In this document: positions 10,601-24,400 of the stretch, one piece after another
How the letters are laid out: every line of letters begins with the position of its first letter
How positions within the stretch are numbered: the first letter of the stretch is position 1
Assembly (NCBI RefSeq): GCF_964355755.1
Contig: NC_092670.1
Span: 7,492,201-7,556,200, forward strand
Length of the DNA: 64,000 nt
Reading direction: 5' to 3'
Source of the DNA: Antedon mediterranea
Lineage: Eukaryota; Animalia; Echinodermata
Notes under the pieces: model-generated
Seen by the model: only the letters and a program-made list of their open reading frames with translations
Database searches by the model: none
What the model was told of the DNA's origin: nothing
Position numbers and translations under genes: made by a program

Positions 10601-13600
10601 ATATTTTAAACTAAAATAAAACTTCATAATACCACCCTAATTGATTATAAAGGGTCACAAAATAGCTTTAGCTATTGCTAAGATTCTATAATATATAATA
10701 ACATCAAGAAGTGATAAAATACAGTACAAATTGTATCAAAATGCCTTTTTAAATCCGCATAAATTCTACAACAAATAGAAATATGTTATAAATTGTGTGT
10801 ATATGCATCTGGTGGGTATTCAAGTCAAAAATTTCTACTACAAATAGAAATATGTTACTGTGTGTATTCAAATGGAGCTTTTGTTCCAAACGATGGTCAT
10901 AAACGATACCATTGCTAAGTGGTTTTTTATATCTTTATTCTGTTTTAAATACTAGTATTGAATTTCTTTGTAGAAAGCTTCAGTATTATTGATTTATAAA
11001 TATTATTTCTTTTTTACGTTTCTATTTGTATTTATTACTATTCAATGAAACAGGTAAAGTCGCCAGAAAAAAAATATTTTTCAACAATACATTATTAATA
11101 ATTGATATCACATTGAAGCTACACAGTGATATTAAATCTATTTTAATATCAAGTTTATCATAATTAATGATAGGTGGATTTAACATAATATTATACAGTA
11201 CTTAATTACTGTTATGCCATTTTACATGATGATAATGTTTTTTTTTTGCTATGAATATGGTCAAAAATGAAATTTAATTTTTGGTTAGAATAATAGATTT
11301 TATCAACTCAGTGTATCTATGTAAGAAATATTTCCTCCATAGTGTATCTGAAATGTTTAATATTGTGATTTGAGTGGTACAGTACTGTAGTTGAGTGATA
11401 GTTTTTGAATGAAAAGAATATTAATCAATTATCTTATGAAATAGTAGTAATGTTCCCCCTAATCTGATGCAATTGTACACAATACATAATAAAATTATTC
11501 ACCTGTTGTTTGTTTATTATCAGATTACTTGGTGGAAAAGGTACTGGACGTAGTTCTCCTTCAACGGTAGTAACATTTATTATTGACATATAATTATAGT
11601 TAATCATTCTTCTGTTGTTAATGTTTTAGATGGTAGAAGTTGGTTGAGGATTCGATTTCACCAAGGTCCAACAACACTCAGCGGTCATTCTGCATGTGTT
11701 CACAATGATTGTATGTTTATTTTTGGGGGTGAAGATGGTACAAATAATATTAGAAATGATCTGTGGACGTTCAGCTTTGGTAGGTATTCATTGTGTGTGA
11801 TGTTGAAATAATGTTATCTAAATTTGATATGATGTAATCAAGACCAGTGGCGGATCCAGGATTTTGAAATAGATTTTTCATTGATCTGTAATTTTATAAT
11901 TATACTAATTCAATATTTACATAGTACATAATGCTTTATGGAAAAAAGTAAAATAAATATTGTTATTCATTCAATCTACTGTATGTGAATTTTTTATATT
12001 GTTTAGGGTGGTCTAATTTGTCCAAAACAAGTGTAATTTGTAAATTTCAAATAAATAATATTTTGATACCTTACAATTCAATAAAAATTATTATTTTAAA
12101 ACAAATGTTTGGATGGACTTCCAAATTACTGTAGTATAAGACAGTTAAAAGGTTCATCTGCAAATTATGATACATTATTAAAAAAAATTACAAATGAATA
12201 AAATTGTTTTTGCTTTCTTTAGTGACTCAAAACTGGAGTAAAATAAGTCCGTTTCAAGGAATTCTTCCTTCCCCAAGTCTCCACCATACTCTGCTTCCTG
12301 TACTAACTCAAGTTCATCTCAATCCCAATGTGCAATACAAAGCTGTGTCTGTGCCTCACTTACAACCAAGTCAAGTATTAGAAACTGTATCACCCCCTAG
12401 ACCCTACTCATCCCCACCGGGAATTGAAAGAACCACGTCTCCTCATGGTTCAGATGTAGGCCTAGCCAGAGTGTTTCAAAACCGTGTCAAACCAACTGGA
12501 CTACTTTCACCGACAGCAGCAGCTGAATATACAGTGATAGTTAACAAAAACGTTGAGGAGGATATCTCGGATATTTTGTTTCATAGACGAAAATTAAATT
12601 TGGATGGTGCTTTAGAATCTAATGTGACGGATGAAAACGAAAACGCCACTTATAAACAACAAACTGTGTGTACTGAATGTAATCGGAGCTATGATTTAAA
12701 AGATCAATGCAATCCTTGCTATAAGTGCGGTGATGTTAATAACACTGATAGAAGATCATCTTTCAGTGATGAACATAGTAGCAACTGTCAATGTGAAGAG
12801 TTACAAATTGTGGATCTTGAAGACGATATTGACTATCAACAATTTACTGAACAAACACAGTTGCTATCAACTCAAAATCAAAGAATTATTGAAACTGATC
12901 AATCAAATGGATTCTATAACAACGGGTATGTGTCTGTTGATGATCTCCATGGCAACAAGTTTCATCACACTATTGCACAACATGGTAATAATATCCACCA
13001 GCATCTAAACGATGATAAAAAAACACATGCAGATGGAACCGAAACTTCTTTAGAAAAGGAAGACAAATTAACTACCCACCAAAGAAACGTTATACCAAAG
13101 ATTATTGAGCCATCAAAACAAAGACAATATGGACGATCAAATACAGTTAATGAAAAGAATAAACAAAATGGAAACAATGAATGGTGCTTAGCTAGAGATA
13201 AACAGGGATATTATACAAAGGAAAAACAAGTAAGTCATCTATTTTAGATTAAAAGAATTTAATTTTTAAGGCATTGAGCTGTGGCTTGAATAATTCGTAA
13301 TGGTAAAAACTGAACACATTAATCCCCAGTTACATGCCTTATATGAGGCTTATTACGTAGTGGAGCTTGCGCCAGGCAAGAATTAAACCAATGACTACCA
13401 GGATTAACACCAAGATATTTTTACATTGTTTCTATATAACATTAACAGATGCATTTAAAATACACAAACCATAGTGGTTTTAATAGTCTATGAGTGCTAG
13501 CTTACCTGGATAAATGTCCAGAGGGAGGGCTTACTGTAGATACGAAAAGAAAATGTTCATATAGCACTCCTCGACCACAAGAGAGTACAGTAGTCCGCAA

Positions 13601-14412
13601 CCACTCCCTTTACGTGGGAACGGAACACCGTCACCATTTCTTTTCGTAACATTGAACCGTTACGACATAGATTGATTGTGATACGATGTTATACATTATG
13701 TGAATTTAAAATGGTTTATTATTATAGTAGTGATTTAATGTCGTGTTATTTTAGGGTGAGAGTGTATTATGTATGTTCTTGATTGGAGGCAAGGAAGGTG
13801 GTAATAGCAATGGTATCACAGGGATCAAAACACCACTTGCTATGTGGAAATGTGGAGTAATTCCAGGTACGTAGATAACACATACCATGACATACTAATT
13901 TAGGCTAGGATTGGATTTACGAAGTTTGGGTCCAGTGTATAAAAAGTATAATTAAATTAACAATTCAATAATTTATTTTCAAACAAGCTTGATGATCATG
14001 GATCATTACAAGAAGTTTTCCATGTTGCATATAATGAAATAAATATCATAAAAAAAATCAATAATATGAGCTTAAAACTAAAGTAGGATTTACAGTACAA
14101 TCGACTTTTCCAGATCATCCCCATCTCTGTATAGACCCTGCCCTGTAATTACCCTCCTGGCTACACACCTATCTGTACTAAACCAATATTGTATAAGCTA
14201 AAGTTTTGATTTCAAGCAGAATCAAAACCACTCAAACTCAATGAATGTTCCTTTATAACATGGTTGCTACAATCATCCAATTTTTAGATATCCATTTTAT
14301 TGCCCGAATATCATTAAAACAATTAATACAGTAGTACCTTTAATTTTTTGTTATGACAGGTAAACCATCACCACAGGGAATAAGAAAAATTATGACTGAC
14401 ATGACTATCTAA
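7605..14412 (+). CDS. Kelch-repeat (six-blade beta-propeller) protein, ~667 aa, 8 coding exons
   Basis: Phase-consistent GT-AG exons: 7605-7607 (ATG only, tentative), 8846-9136, 9618-9852, 10195-10347, 11630-11779, 12223-13229, 13755-13866, 14360-14412 (TAA). Kelch motifs: RSKHAAC..IYVFGGR..DLWRY, HTMV..LYIFGGE..LWSYD, RRGHTA..MYIYGGY..ELWLYD, RHNHSA..IWIYGGL..DLWKWD, GHSAC..MFIFGGE..DLWTF, CMFLIGGKE..MWKC. AATAAA at 14517. The N-terminus is uncertain. Confidence 0.85.
11845..11872 (+). mobile_element. hAT-type MITE terminal remnant
   Basis: CAGTGGCGGATCCAGGATTTTGAAATAG, with an inverted near-identical copy at 16992-17019. Confidence 0.55.
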
Positions 14413-15088
14413 ACTGCTGAATTTTGGATTTGGAAACACTACTCCAGATGCTAAAGCTGCTGTTTTTAAAACAGTAGTTGAATAATTATTAGTTTCATGA
14501 CTTCTGATAAAGAATGAATAAAAATATTTTTATTTCAAATAAGTTGTATTACATTTGATACATGTAAACAAAAAATTACTACTTCAGCTAAAAAAAAAAA
14601 AAAAGTAAAAACAAATACAAGAGGCATAAACCATTGGTATTACTTCTTAGGCCTAGCTAGGCCTAGGCCTACCTTCAAACATTTACATGTAAACCTTTAC
14701 ATTCCTAATTAACATCATATAAACATCAGCATTGAGTAAAAGAAGATGAAAACAGGAGTGATAAAGATTTATAGAGTGCACATTATCATTATCTAAGCAC
14801 AGCACCACTACTTGTTCATATTTTGTATGTACAAAAACAAGCAAAGTGGTTAGATGCTCCTCCTCTCCCTTATGATATCTAGTTAGGCCCCCCAATTGAC
14901 ATCATTCATTTTGCCCTAGGTTATGATGTTGGCTTTAATTTTAATTTTACAACAGTAAAGCTACAGTTTTGTCTTTAGATGCTAACAGAACTTACCTTAC
15001 AGTCTTGTATAGGACTTGTATCAATATAAATCCAATCGATCCATTTAAATACTGATTTTTTCTTGTTTTATTGTACATCAATAATTTC

Positions 15089-15745
15089 TTTTTCCCTCCA
15101 AAATTCTGTGACAACATCTCTGTGTTCTGATTGGTTGATTGTTATTGTCTGATTTAGAGAGAGCAGAGAGATATATAGAACAAGGCAAATATGTGCCTGT
15201 CTATGAAAATCTATTTAGTATAGTATTAATTTAATTTTAACAAAGCAAATACAATTATTTGTTATATTTTATGTTCATTTCTACCTCTATGTTGAATGTA
15301 TTATTTGTTTACTTTAATTTCAATGTTTGTTTCATTTTTTCCCTCTAAAATTCTGATAACATCTCTGTGTTCTGATTGGTTGATTGTTATTGTCTAATTT
15401 GTTTAGAGCAGAGAGATAGAACAACAAGGCAAAGATATGTCTGTCTATGAAAATCTATTTAGTATAGTATTAATTTAATTTTAATGAAGCAAATACAATT
15501 ATTTATTATATTTTATGTTCATTTCTACCTCTATGTTGAATGTATGTTTACTTTAATTTCAATTGTTTTTTTATTTTGTTGCTACACTGATTGAAATATA
15601 ATTTCATATGCGACTTTTAAAAGATCAAATTTAGTAGATAGTAAAAAACCAAATGCAATTATTTATTATATTCCATGTTCATTTCTACCTCTATGTATTA
15701 TTAGTTTACTATTTATAATGTCAATGTGTTTCATTTTGTTGTGTA
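15089..15745. repeat. Tandem duplication, ~245-bp unit x2 plus a partial third copy
   Basis: ACATCTCTGTGTTCTGATTGGTTGATTGTTATTGTCT and CTATGAAAATCTATTTAGTATAGTATTAATTTAATTTTAA each occur twice. ATGTTCATTTCTACCTCTATG occurs three times. Confidence 0.85.
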
Positions 15746-16991
15746 CTAACAATTATTTGCTACATATAAAATTCTTTCATTTTACTTAAAATGCAATTTC
15801 TGTTTTCAGTAATTTATAATTTATTTAAAGTACTATACAGTATATTATAAACAATCATTCCATTTGTTTTTAGTTTGTAAATTATATGTTATAACTATTT
15901 AAAATTACATAATTGTAAATAAGATCTGTACATTTTTTTATTTTATTTTTTATGCCAGTGTCCACTATAGGGTTCTGAATGAAAAACAATATTTTACAAT
16001 TATTTTAAAATAAACTTTGACATACAGTTGGTTTTGTGTGGCAATATTTTACCCTTTGATCAACAATGTGATCACAGACAATTTGTTCACTTTCATTCTG
16101 ATGGAGCAGTGGACCCTGTAGTTGCCCCTAATATGGTGCATTGTGATATGAATGTATTTTTTCTTGTAAAATTCAAACTTGGTGATCATCAGGAAATATG
16201 TAGAATATTAATTTTGATTCCTAATACCATAACATTAAAACATTGCTTAAAAAATCCTTGAATTTTTTGTAAACAAAATCAAATGTGACCAGACTATAAT
16301 AATCCCGCCTAAATTCCAACATAGAGTTTGGTAAATTCATTATTACAGTCCACCAGTGTAAATTTCATACCGAAGCCTACTGGGACTATACTTTGTCGTA
16401 CATCTGTACAGTATATTGTTGCTTAAACCTTATTCACAGAAAAAAATTGTCCAAGTTCAGCCCTTTTGTAAACTCAATGTGCATCATCCTGGTGCATCCC
16501 ATAACAATGTTGGTAGCATGCGGTGATAAACTTTTCTAATCCAACGGTTAAAGAATTTGTAATAACTTTATATTTTCGTACAAAATCCAAAATGAACAAT
16601 ATAATATGTAGCTTCGAAAACAATACTGTACTTACTATGTAGTTATATAGAGCCTATATGCAAGATGTACAGTACATACAAGAAGTATTTGTAAGGTTGA
16701 TAAATTGCTATTGTGTGCAATTCTGATAATAGTGAATATTTTAAAAACGTAATACATTTGTTTTGTATTTTTTTATTTGAATAGCAAAATAAAATAAATC
16801 ATTAATTAATATATTTCTTGTATGATTACGTGTCATTTATACATTTGTTCATAATAATAATTATATACAATACATTTACAATAATAAATTCCCATTTAAT
16901 TATAAAACTCCCTAAATTTCAGTACAGTAAATGTAAACGGAGGAACATTCAGTTCAGCACTTAATTTTACAATTTTTAGGCCTGTTATGCC

Positions 16992-17019
16992 CTATTTCAA
17001 AATCCTGGATCCCCCACTG
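16992..17019 (-). mobile_element. hAT-type MITE terminal remnant
   Basis: CTATTTCAAAATCCTGGATCCCCCACTG, the near reverse complement of 11845-11872. Confidence 0.55.
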
Positions 17020-17071
17020 AAAACATACATATGAACCAATCATCTAGATATTGTGTATGTCTCCAGATTAA

Positions 17072-17255
17072 AGGGTCTTTCACACCTGTTCTGGAACGGT
17101 TTCGGCCAGGCACCGGCATCATCACCATCAAAACGATTGTGAATGTTTCATTTTAACAACACTCCACGTGGCTATGCACCAATAGATATGTGCGTGGCCG
17201 CAAGAAAGTGGAATGTTGACGTTCAATTTGATTTGCCGGCGATGTGAAAGACCCT
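17072..17255. mobile_element. MITE (PIF/Harbinger- or Kolobok-like)
   Basis: TIR AGGGTCTTTCACA / TGTGAAAGACCCT with TTAA on both flanks. Confidence 0.8.
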
Positions 17256-18012
17256 TTAATCAATACCCCAGTCAGTATTGTTTTATATACTTCATACCAG
17301 TCATTAGCAGTCTGTGAGCACATCCAGGCCTAGCTTCACTCTGGTACACACATATATTTAAACCCCATCCCAAATATTTTCCAACTTCTTATGATGAAAA
17401 TAATACCATGGCTATTCACCAATTACATATATTCTTTAGAGAGAAGGCAGTAAAGCCTTCTTAGTGGCATGAATTTAATCATGCTGTTTTAATTAACAAT
17501 ACATTTCAAACTAAGCAAGTACTGTGGTACTCTTTATGGTAATTTAGTAGCTAAAAACACCAGTACAATAGATAATACATTTAACCATGATTTTTGTGGT
17601 GAAACCTACAACTTAAGTGTATATCATTATAAATTTTAAATAATTTCTAATATAACTACAACCATACAATAAAACAAAATTCAAGTCATATTCCCTTCGA
17701 CTGTTTATATGCTCTTTTCTATTCAGTTAAAAATCATCCATACTCGTCTATTGTATTTATGTTAACAATGGACATTGTTGCTAATAATAACTTACTTGGC
17801 ACAGGAATACATAACAAATGTAGGAATTTTTATTTTTAGACTGGCACACTGAATATTATAACAAACCTATCTATTATTTAGAAACCATCATAATGGTAGA
17901 TTGTGTTTGCTTTGCAGTATCAGCACACAGGTTACATGGAATGTGTAAATAGACCACTTGTGTTTTCATCTAACCTATTCTAGCCTCTATAAATACTCTA
18001 GATTCAGGCAAC

Positions 18013-18132
18013 AGTTTGGTTCCCACTAGGACGCAGAGCAAGCAATTTGACCAATCAAAAGCGATTGATTATTCTAACTGTTGCTTGTCATTGGTCAACT
18101 TGCTTGCATTTCGTCCTAGTGGGAACTTAGCT
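18013..18132. mobile_element. Palindromic MITE in the VPS41 3' UTR region
   Basis: GTTCCCACTAGGACG..GCAAGCAA.TTGACCAAT / ATTGGTCAACTTGCTTGC..CGTCCTAGTGGGAAC. A related right-end fragment lies at about 750-800. Confidence 0.75.
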
Positions 18133-18405
18133 TCGGTCTCCATCTCTTTATTGTTACAAAATATACGGTATAATTGCATGCTAAATATATATAAAAATAT
18201 GGAAAACAAATTCATTGGTAAAATAAAAGATACACATTTCAGCATTACTTATATCAAAATAATTGTTATACAGTACTGATACAAGACCTGTCTCTTATAT
18301 TCAAACACACGTCCACTAGTTATAATTATATACTACAGTATGTTATGTTCATTTGTGATTATATCAAAATCCAGTAATTTGCTATCTGGAATCTGCTACA
18401 ATATG

Positions 18406-21400
18406 CTATTTCACCCCTAGCCCAAATCCACTACCTGGCCTCCGTCGCTGTGAATGGCATATCATGCAGCTCTCCTACAAAAGGCAATATTATATACACA
18501 GTATTATTATTTATTAAAACTTATAATAATTCAATCAATTTCTATCATTTGATTGAACGATTGTGTGTCACATGGTGTGCAATAGTACGTACTATTTAAT
18601 GATTGTGTAATAGTACTTTTTTAAATTAGTCTACAGATAGAATAGAATATTTGAATTTCATCTTTCACTTCATAAAATTATTTGTACCATCGCACTCATA
18701 AACATTCATTATTTGTTTAATATTATATGTATTAATATAATACCAAGTCAAAAGAACAGCAGTAATAATATATAAAAAGCCTGTTTGGCAAATTTAAATC
18801 TATTTATAATTATTCTGCAAATGGTGGTGTGAAATTCTATTTGTAAAGTGCATATGAGGAATACTGTAGACCATTGGTACAACACCTCAATCAAACAAAA
18901 TTAATATATTTAAGATAGACTTGATATAGCAGCAACATCAACAATATCAATATCAATACAATGTGATGCGATACATTTGTATGATAAACTTACCATGTTA
19001 TACGCTGGAAGACATTCTTCATGAAAGACATGATGACAATAGAACACAATTATTGGCATTGTTATCTCTTGGAAATCTAAAAGAAGTATATAAGAAAATA
19101 TTTAGTAATCATATAGCAAGATGCCATTTAATTTGTATCATATTTAATGCATTTTTTTTAATTTCATAATTATCATTGGTCAACACAATTTATTGACATT
19201 TAAATTTGATTAAAATATTAAATAGAACTTTTTAAAAGCTATAAAAAAACATTATCTTACTTGATTGAACCAGCAAATCATGACAACAATCGCATCGCTT
19301 GAAATCTACCAAAAAAATATTAAAATTTACATCGTTAGTGTCTAATATTCATATTGAAACTTATTGTGTGTCCATGAAACATTATAGGCTAAAAACTGCT
19401 ATTTTAAATCTTATTTTTAATAATCTTAATACAATTAAAATCAGATCAATGGTGAAAATTGTTACTACAGTAGAATCTGGAAACACATTCCTGCGAATCT
19501 AATGAGGGGACATTTTGTTTCTAAATCTCTGTCTACACTATCAAACTTTGTGACAAATGTGATGTGCCCATATATGTACATGATGATGTCATATCATTAC
19601 CATATTTGGGCATATCACTACCGTATTTGGGCACATCACACTTTTTTGTCACATAATGTTTGATAGTGTAGACAGAGCTTAATAGAGATTCTACTGTATA
19701 GTGATGTCACATGGATTTGTGTCATCACACTCCACACCAGAAACATAATTTGTCATGCCATTTCAACAGTACATACCATCAACTCTTGTTGCCCTTTTCT
19801 GCACTTTATTCAGCCTGTCCATCAAAGAGAAGCAATCTGACACTAGAATCCTTTTGCAGCCCTCGCGTAATGACATCTGCAGGTTGAAGTCTTGTAGTAT
19901 CTTTACTAAGGAATCTCTTAAACCTTCAATTTCAAGTCCCTCTTTAATTCTCTGTAAAAACAAAATACATTTTGCAAGGTGATAATCAACCCATGTTCTT
20001 TAAAATTAAGATTTCTTAATGGGCTTTCCTTGAAAGACAAATGAAATATGGGTTTGAATCCGTCGCATTGCTTGTATTCTTAGGAAAGACACTTTACTTA
20101 CCTAGGTGTACAAATGGGTACCTTTGTAAGGTCTACACACAACTTTGTGCTGATTATTAGCACGTTACATGTTATGATCCAAAAATGACAGGTGTAATAA
20201 TATTATATATAATATATTATTTAACACTACGGCCAAACACATATTAAGGGGACTGTTTGTTGGGACCCAAATGTGTCTCCTTAAAAAGGGTTTTACTGTA
20301 AACAAAATCTTGTTTTGTGACTATGGTATTACCTTTATTAGAATAATAGGGTCCACATGAGTTCCTATATTGTTTAGTAACCCTGTGAGAAAACCTGCGA
20401 GAGAGAAAGAAAGTTGATTAAATTTAATGTAATTGTGCATCTAAAAGCAACAAAATAAAAAAAAATATTTCAAGAAATGAAATACACACCATCATGATAA
20501 AATTTATTATTTTAACATAATGAATGTAAATTCAGACGATTATCGAATAAAATGTTAAATTTAATATTGATATGGCTGGAAAGGTCTTACTCATATAAAA
20601 AAAAACTATTTATAACTTCTTAAGTATTGTAAGGAGATTTCTGACGGTACACTAATAAGTATAAATGTATGATATTATAAAAATAAAAAATAAAATAAAA
20701 ATTAACCAAAGTCATTATGATTCTATACTTCTAAATACAATCTATATTTGGAAGGAAGATGAACAAATTAACTTCAAAACATTGCATCATAATGGCTTTT
20801 TAAATGTTATAAATACTAACTTGGTTTATCCATGGAATGTGTGATAAGGTCATCCCAGAGTTCAACATCATCCTGCTCCTTAGCAAATTCAATTGCACGG
20901 TCCACATCCCCCAGTCCTACCATGATCAGATTCAATGCTTTCTTTGTGTTACCCATCCGACCTGTACAGAAAATAGTTTTTTTTATACCATATTTAATGA
21001 GGGTGATCCATCCAGCAATTGCGGATCATTAGGGACCCTCAGAGGTTCACAAGACAAACATATACACAAGATGCTCTACATAAACAAAGTCTTATTACAA
21101 GTCTTTGGGAGTGGAGTTGTAATTTTGTCCTCGTCTTTTGTGTAAAAAATGTTACGGGACTTGAACACAGGACCCTTGGAGTGGTAGCCAAGCATCGTAA
21201 CCACCAATTAACTTTGATTTTATAAAACAAGCATTTATCAAATGGGAGGTTTAAATGGGTGTACATAATGTTAGCTAATTTGTGTAAATTTATGATCGAA
21301 AGCCAGTAGAACAGACCTTTTTAGAAAAGTTTATATTTATTTTAACTTTTCTTTTATCCAATTTTATCCTTTTTCATAAAACAATTTTTTTTTTGGTCAT

Positions 21401-24400
21401 TTTTCAATAGAAACAGGCCCTTAGAGGCGTGTCTGTACGCATCAGGATTAAAGTATTGAACAAGAATGTCTTACCTAATAAGAAAACAGTTTCTGGAATG
21501 AAACATCTCATTTCACATTCTTCTAAAGCCTTTTGGAGAGGATAGTAGTTGCTATTTCTAAGGAATGGTAGTAACTTCGTTCGGTCAAACTCGGCATATA
21601 AACTGACCTGGAGAGCATGGAAATCTTGACCTGCGTTGGGACTTTTTACAAACACAGCATCTAGGTACTAGGCAAAAAAATATATATATAATTACAGTCA
21701 ACTCTTCCAGAAACCCACCTCTCAAAAGTGGAAATTCGTATTGAAAGCATCTTTTCTACACTCATTGTAAAGCATAGAAATTGTTACGCACAAAATTAGG
21801 GGTCCTAAAAAAAAATTGCAAAAACTTCCCATTTACCTGATATTGAAATTTAGGGTGTTCCTTAAATTGCTGAACCACTACTTTCATCTGAAAAAAAAAC
21901 ACATTAAAAATTAAAAAGAAGCAATGATCATTTTATAAACGATGTCATAACCATAATAAGCATTTGTCTTTTTAGGTATTTGTTTTAAAATGACCAAAGA
22001 ACTTTTTAATGAATATTAACAATGTTAAAAAGTTATTATTGAAGAGAAAATGAAAAATAAAATGAAAGAATCGTCTGCCAGAAACTTGGGGAATGTTAAT
22101 TCTGTGTCACTTACCGGAACTATACTGATATTGTCAACTAACATCTGCAGAGCCTGGTCAGCATCCAGTTGCATCAGCATCACCAGTTTGTCTTGGATAG
22201 AATGCAAGAGGTTGTACTTCTGGATCAATTCAAACACATCACTATGACCAAGCCTTTCGAAAAATGACAAATATATTTCAAGCAATTGCTAAGACTAACT
22301 TTATATCCATACATAACAGTACATAACAGTTCTAAAAACTAAATATCTTATGAGCACTTATGAAATTGAACATTGATATTAGTACTCAAGATGAAACTCG
22401 GTCGGTGTTATTCTAAAATATAATAGCCATAGTGCAGATTCATTGAATTTTTTCTACTTCCTAAACCACAGGTCAAAGAGAGGTCAACACATTGAGTTGA
22501 CATACTTAATACTGAATATTCATCCAACTTTAGTGTTCTCTGTTTTAAATTTGACAACTTTTTTTTACTACTAATCATTTTTTCAATTCAATTTATTTTC
22601 CACATACTACCACTACTACAATCAATGCATATTTTAAGATCTAAGCATAATGTTAAAAAACTCTCTCCTCGCCCCTATCTTATTGACTGTTTGCTCCAAA
22701 TAATAAATTTAATTATTATAAATAATTAAACTATAAAATTCTTACTTTAAATATATAGCAAGAGCTTTATCATATCTCTTATCATATGAGTAGAGATCCC
22801 CTAGTGTCTGCATCAGAATGCAGTCATCAGGTAGCTCACGTAGTCGATCCTTAACTGCACTAACTATAGTCATCAGATCATACAAATCCTGGGGCCATCT
22901 ACGGATTAATCTATGAAATCCCTGTAAAACAAAATAATTATACAAATTTATTATTAATCACAGAATTATACTTTATAAACTTTATATTAAATACAGAATT
23001 ACATACCCTTGAAATTCAACAACAAAAGTCAACCGGCTTCTTCTGAAACATACACATTTCTGGTTTGATATTTCATTTGGATGTCATAGTGTTCTATGAT
23101 TTTAATCCCAATGAAAATGACTCTCTGAAAATGTTGTTCTATTTATAAATATGGTTAACAAATATTGAATATCAATATTTGAGAAATTTTTATAAAACAA
23201 CTGTAAAAAAGAAACAAAATGTACCTGCAGATCAGTACGTAGAAAATCGTTGAGTATCATTTCATAGACAGCTTTACTTAACCGTGGATCTTGTAGAGGG
23301 ATGTACGGACTGATTACTTTCAACTGTTGAATCTTAGCAAAGATATATACCCATTCTTCCCACAAATCCTTGTTCTTTCCAAATACTGAGCTACACAGAC
23401 TGCAAATGAGAGAACAAAAGCGAAAAATTAAATTCCATCTAAATAAACAATATACAATTTTTTTTTTCACATCTATAAAAATGTATTTACAAAAGGCTCT
23501 GAAAGACATTGCTGAATATTGAAATACACATAGAGAGATCCATTCATTAGTATAATTATACTGTCTACACTATCAAATCAGTTTGACTAAAAAAGTGTGA
23601 TGTGCCCAAATATGGTATTGATATGCCCAAATATATAGTATGTGATATGACTAGACATCATCATGTCCATATATGGGCACATCACATTCTTTTGTCACAT
23701 ACATTTTGTAGACAGAGATCTTAACTCTGACACTTTTTCTTTTTACACTACTGTCAGTACATAATAATGGAAATGTATTGTATATCATCTGCAATGTAGA
23801 TAGTACTGAAAATAAAGGTAATTGTATTAATATTCGTCCAAAGTTGAAACAAATTGGCTTCTTCTTCTTTTTACAGACCAAGAGCATATAACATGTTCAG
23901 CACACCAGAATATTTTGAATACAAAATAAGTGTACCAAGTTTAGCACATGTGCATTAAAAGCTGTCTACACTATTAAACTTCATGTGAACAAATGTGATG
24001 TACCCATGAACATGATGATGTCATATCACTACCATACTTGGGTATATCACTACCATATTTGGGCCCATCACACTTTTTTTGTCAAACTAGTTTGATAGTG
24101 TAGAGCCTTACTGTATATATGAAACAAACACTTTATAAACATTACCTGGCAGCATCTTCAAACTCTTCATTTTCTATAAGTGAGTTGATGTATGTTTTGC
24201 CGACATCTAGTACATTGTGACGAACCAAATCTTTACTATTTTCTTTTGCCATTTCCAATGCTTCCTAAACAAACAAACAAAAACATTTCATAAAATAATT
24301 ATTTATTTATTCAATATTTTTTTACATAACACATAACAGACGAATAATGTTAAATCACAAAGACTGGAAGATGTATCAGTATTACAAATTAGTTCTACTC

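Noticed and set aside
13330-13635. GC-richer intronic segment that might be an extra exon or ncRNA
   Set aside because: The flanking kelch exons already join in phase. It looks like an antisense repeat remnant but I could not classify it.
11845-17019. Inverted hAT ends enclosing the last three kelch exons, suggesting a composite or Pack-type transposon
   Set aside because: The flanks (ATCAAGAC vs AAAACATA) are not a TSD, both ends are the same terminus, and the enclosed exons belong to an intact gene. Two independent remnants are more likely.
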